NCBI GenBank assembly: GCA_944387525.1
Contig: CALXFF010000003.1
Span: forward strand, 1,627 to 65,626
DNA from: an uncultured Clostridia bacterium
GTDB lineage: Bacteria > Bacillota > Clostridia > TANB77 > CAG-508
DNA: 64,000 nt
Direction: 5' to 3'
Part shown: one piece after another, positions 9,784 through 18,801 of the stretch
How positions within the stretch are numbered: the first letter of the stretch is position 1
Layout of the letters: each line of letters begins with the position of its first letter
Translations under genes and position numbers: made by a program
Notes under the pieces: generated by a model
What the model was told of the DNA's origin: nothing
The model's database searches: none
The model's input: only the letters and a program-made list of their open reading frames with translations

Positions 9784-11938
9784 TTATAAATACTTTTGCA
9801 TATTTTCTACATCTATACAATCTTCTATAAACTGTTTTTTCAACAAATCCTTAGGAATAATATAATTATATTTACCCGATTTTTGCAAAATATCTGGTAT
9901 TTCAAATTGTTCTTTATCTATACTTTCATGTTTTATTTCTTCTAATATATTTTCTATTTCTTCTTTACTTTTCTTTGTCTTTATTTCAATAAAGATAGGT
10001 ATTCCAGCTCTATAAAAAATTTGATTTTCTATTTCTTTTTGTTTCAAACTAAAGCTAAGTGCTAACATTTCTTTAGTTCCTAACCATGGAAAAATTCCAT
10101 ATACTCCTTTTACAATTGTTACAACCTTATTTTCTAATATATTTGTTTTATTAGCTATTTGACGTAGTTCTCTTAACTTATGCACACTATTTAAATCTAA
10201 ATATCTATATTCTTCTTGCTTGCTTAAAACTTCTTGCATTTTTTTCAAAATCTTAGTATTTACAAATATGTTTCCATCGTCATTCCAACCAATTTTAGAT
10301 ATTCCTCCTACTTTTTTAACAAATATTTGTCTTTTTTCTTCATTAATATCTATAACTTTCCAAGTAAATCCTGCAAGTCCAAATTGTTGTCCAACTATAT
10401 ATGGTGTCTGTACTGTTCCAATCTCTTGTGAACCGTCTCTTACTGAATATTCTATTGGTGTACTAAAAACTGAAAAAAATTGAAAATTATTAGCTTTTCT
10501 TTCTCCTTGCATCCCAATCAAAAGATTTCCTTCTTCATCTTTTTCTATTTCTTGTTTTTCTAATAAATATCGCAATAATTTTTGATAATCTTCCTTAGGC
10601 ACTTTTTTAAAAGCTGTCAATGTTAATATGTATCTTGCTAATTCTTTTGGACTTACTGCACCCATTCCAAACAAAAAACTCATTGTTTGGTGATATAATA
10701 AAGAATATGGCAAATCATTTTTTTCTTTTGGCTCTATCCATTTTTCTTTCAAATATAGTTCTATTATTGCAATACATTTGATAAACTCAAAATCTATTAA
10801 TTGGTAGAATTCTTTTGGTTTATTATCTTTTTCTTCTTTAAATAGAAATAACATTTCAGCAGGTTGTCCTCTTCTTCCGCTTCTCCCGAAGTCTTTGAAC
10901 AAAGCTAGATACAGTAAATGGTGAACCTGTTTGTACTATTCTATCTAACTTTCCTAAATCTATTCCTAATTCTAAGGTTACTGTTGCTCCTGTAATAGCA
11001 TTTTCTTCTTCTGATTTCATTTGTTCTTCTGCTTGTCTTCTAAGTGAATTAGAAATATTTGCATGATGCACATAGTATATGTCTTTTGTATTTCGATTTT
11101 TAGCTATTTTCTTTAAATGTGCTATATTTTCTTCTACTTCTGATTTTGAATTAGAAAATATAATACATTTTTTATTTAATGTTTTTTCATATAAATCTTT
11201 ATAATAATCTAAAATTGACGTTTCATCTTCTTTTTCTTCTATTTCATAATATTTAATTCCTAATCGTATCTTCCTTTTTTCTTCTGGTACACTTGGTATA
11301 ACTGTTTTTCTTTTTGTTCCTGCACTTAGCCATTGTGTAGCCAATTCATAGTCACCTAAAGTTGCAGATAATCCTATTCTTCTTGGTTCTTTTCCAATTA
11401 TTCTTTGTATTCTTTCTATAATGCACAAAGTTTGCAAACCTCTGTCATCATTCATGAAATAGTGAACCTCATCTATTACAATATATCTCAAATCTGAAAA
11501 TAGTTTTAATATATTTCCAGGATTTCGCATAAGCATTGCTTCTAAAGACTCTGGTGTTGTTTGCAATATTCCTTTTGGATTTCTTATAAGTTTACTTTTT
11601 GCATTTTGTGGTACATCTCCATGCCATTTTGTTACTGGTATATCAGTTTCTTCTAACATTTCTTCTATTCTTATGAATTGGTCATTAATTAATGCTTTTA
11701 GTGGACTAATATAAAGGACAGCCACTGAATGACTAGGATTTTCATATATATCTGTTAAAATAGGCAAAAAAGCTGCTTCTGTTTTTCCTGACGCTGTTCC
11801 AGAAGCTAATAGTATATTATTCTCTGTATTTAGTATCAAGTCACATGCAGCCACTTGTATTGGTCTTATTTCTGACCATCCATTTCTATATATATATTCC
11901 TGAATAAATGGTGCTAATCTTTCAAAAACATTTCTCAT
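9784..11938 (-). CDS. Lhr/BrxHI-like DEAD/DEAH-box helicase (Shango SngC-like), two ORFs joined by a +1 step at CGG 10888-10886
   Basis: Walker A ASGTASGKTEAAFLP and DEAH-type VIDEVH. Motif VI is reconstituted across the junction as SSFVQRL|GRSGRRGQ. Large C-terminal extension. Confidence 0.8.
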
Positions 11939-11940
11939 AC

Positions 11941-13264
11941 TTAAACCTCAAAATCTTCAAACTCACGATTCTCTTCTTCTTCAGTATTATCTCCTTTTGC
12001 AAATTCAAACTTCTCATTTCCAATAATATCAGCAAACGTTTTATTAGGATTTTGATATAAAATATCTAATAGTTCTATAAAATCCCTAATCACTTCTCTT
12101 GGTGTAATATTAGTATTTGCACCTACTCTTTCATATTCTATTTTAATAAATTGCATCAAATCATCTTGAGTTAACTCACTCTTGTATTCATGTAAATCTG
12201 AATGTATATCTCTCAATTTTTCAGTAAGAATAAACATTTCATCTGGTGTTAGACGTTTTAATCTTATAATAGGTGATAATAAATTAACAGTATCTTCTGA
12301 TGCAAATTTTCCTTCTGTCAGTCTTGAACGTAATGCATCATAACTAAAGATACCTTTTCGTGTATCTTCCACACATTGTGGAGTTCCTCCCATTATTATT
12401 CCTAAATATTTTGCCTTTCCTTGTAAAGTATCATTATACATCATTAAAATCTTTTCATAATTATATTGTCTTGTAACAGATGTTGGAATTCTATATAAAT
12501 TTACTAATTCATCTATTAACATCAACATTCCTTTATATCCCGCATTTACCAAAAATATAGCAAATAATTTTACATATTCATACCAATTATCATCTGTTAT
12601 TATAATATTAATTCCAAGCTCATTTTTTGCTTCTGTCTTTGTTGAATATTCTCCTCTAAACCATTTTAGTACCTTTGACTTTTTCTCATCATCAGATTCT
12701 TCATATGCCTCATAATACATATTTATTACTTTAGCAAAATCAAACCCATGTACCATACCTTCTAAACTAGAAATATTCTCAAAAATTTTGCTTTTTACCT
12801 TTTTAGAAAATTCCTTTTCATCTGCATTTTCTCCAATTTCTTGCATAACTTGTGTTTTTATTCCTGAAATCCATTTTTCTAATATTAATGGAAGTGCTTG
12901 TCCGTCTGGTTTTGTTTTTGTTGACATGTTTTGAATTAATTCTTTGTATGTTGCTAATCCTTGCCCTTTAGTTCCCATTAATCTTCTTTCTGGCGAAAGG
13001 TCTGCATCTATTACAACAAATCCTCTATCCATGACATGTGTTCTAATAGTTTGAAGTAGGAAACTTTTTCCACTTCCATATCTTCCAACCAAAAATCTGA
13101 ATGTAGAACCTCCTTCTTCTATAATATCAACATCATTTAATAAAGCTTTAATTTCTTGTTCTCTACCTACTGCTATATATCCGAAGTCCTATTCTTGGTA
13201 CAACTCCTCCTTTTAAAGAATTCATTAGTGTCGTTGCTATTCTTCTTGGTACTTTTATTGCCAT
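11941..13264 (-). CDS. BrxD/DUF2791-type P-loop ATPase (Shango SngB-like), 28-codon N-terminal ORF joined by a +1 step at CGG 13183-13181
   Basis: Walker A GRYGSGKSF and Walker B MLMLIDELV. The N-terminal segment MAIKVPRRIATTLMNSLKGGVVPRIGL|GYIAVGREQEIKALLND is typical of this family. ATG 13264 overlaps the stop of the TerB gene (ATGGCAATAA). Confidence 0.75.
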
Positions 13265-14973
13265 ATTTGTTTCATTCCCTTCTTTATTTCTTCTTCATAA
13301 TCTTCATAAATAGATGACATATCAGATTCTATTACTGTATCACCTATTGTTTCTAGTGCTTTATCATTAATATTAGATATCATTACTTCTAACATTTCAT
13401 TGTGACTTTGTGCAATTTGCATTATTTTGTTTTCAACATCTTGTTTTTCTAATAAAACATTTATTATTTCTTTTTCTTCTGGATTTAAGTTATATGCAAA
13501 TTTTTTAAATACATTATCTTCTTGCGTGTTAGCTACTTCTTTAGGTTTGTCTATTGTATATTTTTTAATTTCGCTTATTTCTTTGTCATTCTCAATACTT
13601 TCTTCTCTTACTACACTATTTTTAATCTCTTCATCATTTTCTTCTATAATTAGTGCTTTTTGAATTTCTTCTGATTTTTCTCTAATTTTTGCAAATTGCT
13701 CTTGATTAAATACTACCTCTATTTTTTCTTCTTGCTCAAATTCATCTTGTTTTTCTTTTGGTTTTTTAAATATCATCTTTGGGATTTTATTTTCTTCTAA
13801 GAATTTAATTGTTTCTATTTGAATAATCTCTTGTAAATTCATTTCGTATATTTTTCGTAAAATATTTCTAGTTTTATCTGAACAATAATATTCTCCAATA
13901 TCTTTTATAATTTCATTTTTTCCTGGAAGTTTCAACTTTCTATACCCTAAATATTCTCTTATATAACACTCCATTGTTTTTAATATATATCCTATTGTGT
14001 TTCTATACTTTCTATTCTCAGAATAAATTGTCTTATTCCACATACCATTTAGACATTCATACTTTTCAATACCTTCAATAATGATTGGTCCAATTGGCTT
14101 TTTTTCATGAAAAATATTATAATTTCTAAGTGGATTCCACCAGTATTCTGTTTCATGCTTATACATTAACATTTCTGATAATGAAATATCATTTTCTTTA
14201 AATTTTTGATTTAACTTAGTAAAAATTTTTTCTATACATTGATTTAACAGATATCCATATTTTGTTTCTAATAACTTGCTTTTTGCTATTTTATATGTTG
14301 AAATTTCATCTAAGAAATCCATTTTATCTGTATATATTCCTTTATTTATGTCTTTTAAATCTTTAGCTTGTGTTTTTATTTCAATAGGAAATTTTTTCAT
14401 AATCTCTGTATACGGTATTTTAAAACCATTTACAATGTAAAATTCTTTGATAATATTAGGCATTACACTATCAATCTTTAATGTGCATTGCCTATATCCT
14501 TTCCAAAAGTCAACTAATTTTTCTATTACATCATTTTCATCTTTACACCCTATTTGATTTAATAGTTCGTTTATATAAATTTGCTCATATTCCCAGTCTA
14601 TTAATTCAAATTCACCTTTTCTTATTTTTGTTCTCCACGAAAAATATGTTCTAAAATCAGTAAATGAAAAATTTGAATATGTATAGTCCACTCCAAAAAT
14701 ATTATAACTATTTCTATGAACATTTTTTACTTCATAATTGTCTTCAAAATTTTCTAAATATTTTGCTTGTCTGTAAAAAATTTCATCTTCATCCATTCTC
14801 CAATGATTGTCTTTTTCAATTCTTTGAAATTTTCTATAAACCTTGTTTATATCAGTTATATTTTTATCTAGTTGAATGATTTTTTCTTCTTTATATGCAT
14901 TTTTTACATCTTCTGCACCATACATTATGTATTGTGCAAGCTCTTTTAATACAAAATCTAATTCACTTCTCAT
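13255..14973 (-). CDS. TerB-N / TerB-C domain protein (Shango SngA-like)
   Basis: 572 aa. YRQAKYLENFEDNY ... FRTYFSWRTKIRKGEF ... IYINELLNQIG fits TerB-N. The C-terminal LNPEEKEIINVLL ... MISNINDKALETIGDTVIE fits TerB-C. First gene of the three-gene module. Confidence 0.7.
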   Translation of the reverse strand: MRSELDFVLKELAQYIMYGAEDVKNAYKEEKIIQLDKNITDINKVYRKFQRIEKDNHWRMDEDEIFYRQAKYLENFEDNYEVKNVHRNSYNIFGVDYTYSNFSFTDFRTYFSWRTKIRKGEFELIDWEYEQIYINELLNQIGCKDENDVIEKLVDFWKGYRQCTLKIDSVMPNIIKEFYIVNGFKIPYTEIMKKFPIEIKTQAKDLKDINKGIYTDKMDFLDEISTYKIAKSKLLETKYGYLLNQCIEKIFTKLNQKFKENDISLSEMLMYKHETEYWWNPLRNYNIFHEKKPIGPIIIEGIEKYECLNGMWNKTIYSENRKYRNTIGYILKTMECYIREYLGYRKLKLPGKNEIIKDIGEYYCSDKTRNILRKIYEMNLQEIIQIETIKFLEENKIPKMIFKKPKEKQDEFEQEEKIEVVFNQEQFAKIREKSEEIQKALIIEENDEEIKNSVVREESIENDKEISEIKKYTIDKPKEVANTQEDNVFKKFAYNLNPEEKEIINVLLEKQDVENKIMQIAQSHNEMLEVMISNINDKALETIGDTVIESDMSSIYEDYEEEIKKGMKQIWQ

Positions 14974-15101
14974 TCTTTCATTCCTTTTTTACTTTTAACT
15001 TTAATAAAGTTCTCTTTTTAGCAATTTTTCGCATTAATTATACCATATGTATTCTCATATTGCAAACAAATTTTTAATTTTACATAATTTTTTGTAAGAT
15101 T

Positions 15102-15632
15102 TTATTGAATTTCGATTTTTCTATTAAACTCAACTTCATACCATCTATTCAACTCTTTCCTAGTTTTAAAATTCAAAACATTTTTATCAGTATTTCTCGC
15201 TAGCACATCTTTTATTGTTTTCCCCTTAGTATTATTCCAATTAAATGTAAACCTTAAAAATTCCCAATCCATTTTTTCTTTACAACCTGGTATTTCTGGC
15301 TTTTCCTTGCCTCTACGTTTAAAATATCTTGAAAATATACCTTTCATTCTTGCCATTCTAGAATAGTTCAAAAATATTACTAAATCTGCAGCTTTCACTC
15401 TATTTTCTAAAGTAGATTGGTATGTTCCATCAATAACCCATTTAGGTTCTCTTACCTTTTCCATAATTATTCTGTCTCTCTCATCTTTATCCCTTGGTTT
15501 CCAATTCGCCAGGTGATGAATCCCATCTATATGATAAACTGGTAATTCTAGCACCTTTCCCAAATTATCTGCTAAAGTTGTTTTTCCTGTTCCAGGTCCG
15601 CCTATTATTGCGATTTTAGAAATACTTTTCAT
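15102..15632 (-). CDS. Adenylate-kinase-fold P-loop NTPase (topology modulation protein FlaR-like)
   Basis: 176 aa. Walker A IIGGPGTGKTT. Family-typical WVIDGTY segment. Confidence 0.65.
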   Translation of the reverse strand: MKSISKIAIIGGPGTGKTTLADNLGKVLELPVYHIDGIHHLANWKPRDKDERDRIIMEKVREPKWVIDGTYQSTLENRVKAADLVIFLNYSRMARMKGIFSRYFKRRGKEKPEIPGCKEKMDWEFLRFTFNWNNTKGKTIKDVLARNTDKNVLNFKTRKELNRWYEVEFNRKIEIQ

Positions 15633-15789
15633 TTTTTAAACCTCCTTTTCCAAACGCAAATATGGCTGAAAAATATAATTACAATTTTTCAACCTCATCT
15701 GCTAAATTTTTATTTTGTCATTTTCTCTATTTCCTATATATACTTATATCATACTTTACTCTATTTTCATATACTTTTACGTAAATTTA

Positions 15790-15818
15790 TTGCAAAATCC
15801 AAATTTATGTCATATAAT
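15790..15818 (+). promoter_or_regulatory. Sigma-A type promoter for asnS (TTGCAA-17-TATAAT)
   Basis: TTGCAA at 15790-15795, a 17-nt spacer, then TATAAT at 15813-15818, about 40 nt before the asnS ATG. Confidence 0.5.
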
Positions 15819-15860
15819 ATGGATTAACATTGAAATAAAAATAGAAGGGATGATTCATTT

Positions 15861-17252
15861 ATGAGCAGACTATCAATAAAAGAACTATATAAAAACTCTA
15901 AAGAATATGACAAAAAAGAAATCACAATAGAAGGTTGGGTTAAAACCGTACGTGATTCTAAAACCTTTGGATTCATAGAATTAAATGATGGTACTTTTTT
16001 TAAAAATTTACAAATAGTTTTTAATAACAACCTAAACAATTTTGAAGAAATTTGTAAACTAACAATAAGTTCTTCAATTAAAGTAACTGGAACTTTTATA
16101 TTAACACCAGAATCAAAACAACCATTTGAAATACAAGCAAATAACATAGAAATTGAAAATTTATCAGACTCAACATATCCACTTCAAAAGAAAAAACACT
16201 CTTTTGAATACTTAAGAACAATTAGTCATCTACGTCCAAGAGCAAATACATTTCAAGCTGTATTCCGTGTAAGAAGCGTTCTAGCATATGCTATCCACAA
16301 ATTCTTCCAAGAAAGAGGATTTGTATATGTAAATACACCTTTAATTACTGGAAGCGATGCTGAAGGTGCTGGCGAAATGTTTAATGTTAATTCTTTTGAT
16401 TTAAATAATATTCCTAAAGATAAAGATGGAAATGTTGATTTTTCAAAAGATTTTTTTGGAAAACCTGCACATTTAACAGTTAGTGGTCAATTAAATGCTG
16501 AAACTTTTGCAGAAGCATTTTGCAATGTATATACATTTGGTCCAACATTTCGTGCAGAAAATTCAAATACTGTAAAACATGCAGCAGAATTTTGGATGGT
16601 TGAACCTGAAATATGCTTTGCAGATTTAAAAGATGATATGGATTTAGCAGAAGATATGATTAAATACATTTTTAACTATGTACTAGAAAATTGTCCAGAA
16701 GAAATGGAATTCTTCAACAAATTTATAGATACTGGTTTATTAGACAGATTAAATCATGTAATTTCTTCTGATTTTGCACGAGTTACATATACTGAAGCAA
16801 TTGCTGAATTAGAAAAACATAATGATGAATTTGAATATAAAGTTTCATGGGGTGTTGACTTACAAACTGAACACGAAAGATATTTATGTGAAAAAGTTTA
16901 TAAAAAACCTGTTTTTGTTACTGATTATCCAATGGATATAAAAGCATTTTATATGAAACAAAATCCAGATGGCAAAACTGTTGCAGCAACTGACCTTTTA
17001 GTTCCAGGAATAGGAGAAATTATTGGTGGAAGTCAAAGAGAAGAAAATTACAATAAATTATTAAAACGTATGAAAGATTTAAATATGCCAATAGAAGAAT
17101 ATGACTGGTATTTAGACTTAAGAAAATATGGTAGTTGTAACCATGCCGGATTTGGTCTTGGTTTTGAAAGAGCAATTATGTATTTAACAGGTATGCAAAA
17201 CATTCGTGATGTTATACCTTTTCCAAGAACTCCAAAGAATTGTGAATTTTAA
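15861..17252 (+). CDS. asnS: Asparagine--tRNA ligase
   Basis: 463 aa. Class II aaRS with N-terminal OB fold and the C-terminal [29 protein letters not shown]. Confidence 0.92.
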   Translation: MSRLSIKELYKNSKEYDKKEITIEGWVKTVRDSKTFGFIELNDGTFFKNLQIVFNNNLNNFEEICKLTISSSIKVTGTFILTPESKQPFEIQANNIEIENLSDSTYPLQKKKHSFEYLRTISHLRPRANTFQAVFRVRSVLAYAIHKFFQERGFVYVNTPLITGSDAEGAGEMFNVNSFDLNNIPKDKDGNVDFSKDFFGKPAHLTVSGQLNAETFAEAFCNVYTFGPTFRAENSNTVKHAAEFWMVEPEICFADLKDDMDLAEDMIKYIFNYVLENCPEEMEFFNKFIDTGLLDRLNHVISSDFARVTYTEAIAELEKHNDEFEYKVSWGVDLQTEHERYLCEKVYKKPVFVTDYPMDIKAFYMKQNPDGKTVAATDLLVPGIGEIIGGSQREENYNKLLKRMKDLNMPIEEYDWYLDLRKYGSCNHAGFGLGFERAIMYLTGMQNIRDVIPFPRTPKNCEF

Positions 17253-17315
17253 CAGGACGGGATTTTGGGGACGGTCCTAAAAATCCCTGCTTTTAGGGAT
17301 TTAGGGACGGACCTT
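17253..17315 (+). repeat. Repeat family A, copy A2 (a+b)
   Basis: CAGGACGGGATTTTGGGGACGGTCCTAAAAATCCCTG, CTTT, then TAGGGATTTAGGGACGGACCTT. Starts at the base after the asnS stop. Confidence 0.9.
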
Positions 17316-17353
17316 CAAATTCATTTCTTTAGAAATTTAGGAATAATCCTTAA

Positions 17354-17396
17354 AATGACAAGTATTAATTGATAATATTAACACTTGTCATTTTTT
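17354..17396. terminator. Bidirectional rho-independent terminator between asnS and the convergent orphan gene
   Basis: AATGACAAGT (17354-17363) pairs with ACTTGTCATT (17383-17392). A T-run follows, and A residues sit on the other side. Confidence 0.6.
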
Positions 17397-17411
17397 ATTC
17401 AATACATTAAT

Positions 17412-18605
17412 CTAACGCAAATTTTCATCATCATTTGATTGAGTTACTCCAGATGAATTGCTATGAGATATATTTTTTTCATTTCTCTCTTCAACTATAT
17501 CTTGAATACTACTGATAACCTTCAATCTTTTTTCCTCAGGTATCTTAGATAATTCTTCCACTAATCCCTTTGTTTGTTCAACAGTAGATCTTAATTTTGA
17601 ATCTTTAATTATAGCTTTTAATCCTTCGATTTGCTTTTTCCTTTCTTCTACTGATAAAATCTTTAGCATTGATTCCAATTCTTTAAATGCTTCTGTTTCA
17701 TTAAATCCCTTTTCTGCTTCACTTTCTACTTCAGCTAAAATATTATCTCTCAACTCTTGCTCATTAAATTTTTTCATATTTTTAACTCTTAATAAGTTTG
17801 GATTTTTCTCTATTGTTTCATACTCTCTTCTTGCTAATTCTGGCATATTAATTTTTCCCATTTCAATAGCTGGTATTACACTAGCAAATATATATACTGT
17901 ACTAGTACCATTTTTAGCATAATTACAAGCTATCTTCTTAGCCACAATCTTTCTCTTCATTTCTTCAATTTTTGGCGTAACCTGCCTAACCATTTGCATC
18001 TTTTTATTTAATTCTTCTACTAGTTTCCAATCACCCATATTTTCATTGCATTGTCTATATAAGCTTTCTAAACTTTTCAAGTCAGCCATTTCTTCTTTTC
18101 TCTGTTTTTCACGCTTTTCTTCTTCTATTTCCTCTAATTTTTCATCCTTTAAATCTGGATTTTGTATTCCACCTTTTGCTAATTCAAATTTATCTTCTAA
18201 TGAAAGTTGTGCTTCATCTTCTGATATTAATTCTGATACTTTCGCATCTGGCAATTTTTTGGCCGGCTCAATAACATATTTATTATCTACTTCTTTTTCC
18301 CCTGTCATCATAATGATATAGTTATATGCAATATCAAATGGTATTCCTTTTTTCTCAACTAAAAAATTAGCATATTGCCTTGCAAATTCTCCTTTTTGTT
18401 CTTTTGACATATTTTTAGTCAATGCTTGATATTGTTCATATGCCATTTCAGCTATAGATTCTATATCTTTATCACTTTTCTTTGCTTCTTGTACATTCTT
18501 TTTTACTTCCTCTGCCCCTTGTTCAGCTAATTGTTCTAAATCTGCATTTGAAAAAGCAAATTTTAATCTTTTTATAATTTCATGAATTCCCATATTTTGT
18601 TTCAA
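17412..18605 (-). CDS. Hypothetical Glu/Lys-rich protein, 397 aa
   Basis: Long ORF with no recognisable motif. Bracketed by inverted copies of repeat family A (A2 and A3). Confidence 0.5.
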   Translation of the reverse strand: MKQNMGIHEIIKRLKFAFSNADLEQLAEQGAEEVKKNVQEAKKSDKDIESIAEMAYEQYQALTKNMSKEQKGEFARQYANFLVEKKGIPFDIAYNYIIMMTGEKEVDNKYVIEPAKKLPDAKVSELISEDEAQLSLEDKFELAKGGIQNPDLKDEKLEEIEEEKREKQRKEEMADLKSLESLYRQCNENMGDWKLVEELNKKMQMVRQVTPKIEEMKRKIVAKKIACNYAKNGTSTVYIFASVIPAIEMGKINMPELARREYETIEKNPNLLRVKNMKKFNEQELRDNILAEVESEAEKGFNETEAFKELESMLKILSVEERKKQIEGLKAIIKDSKLRSTVEQTKGLVEELSKIPEEKRLKVISSIQDIVEERNEKNISHSNSSGVTQSNDDENLR

Positions 18606-18743
18606 TCCTTTCTGCGAACCATTTTCTAAAATTATGTCACTGTTAAATTATATATTCATACACAAAAAAAATCAAGCAATTCACAAAAAAGTTACAGAAC
18701 TACTCGATTTTATAATTTTATATCTATTTTCCCTTATTTTTTC

Positions 18744-18801
18744 AAGGTCCGTCCCTAAATCCCTAAAAGCGGGGATTTTTAGGACCGTCCCCCTAATCCC
18801 T
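18744..18801 (-). repeat. Repeat family A, copy A3 (b+a, near-exact reverse complement of A2)
   Basis: AAGGTCCGTCCCTAAATCCCTA, AAAG, then CGGGGATTTTTAGGACCGTCCCCCTAATCCCT. Confidence 0.9.

Noticed and set aside
9784-13264. The BrxD-like ATPase plus BrxHI-like helicase might be part of a BREX system.
   Set aside because: No PglX methyltransferase, PglZ or BrxC/BrxL genes are in the window. The pair is preceded by a TerB-N/TerB-C gene, which fits the Shango-type triad instead.
5049-14973. The accessory islet might be a prophage or integrative element.
   Set aside because: I saw no integrase, recombinase, transposase or structural phage genes, and no flanking direct repeats. Bro-N/DinD alone is insufficient.
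15633-15860. A T-box leader upstream of asnS, and similarly upstream of leuS (41988-42185).
   Set aside because: I found no T-box consensus (AATTAGGGTGGTACCGCG-like) and no specifier/antiterminator arrangement. Both leaders are short and contain only plain sigma-A promoters.
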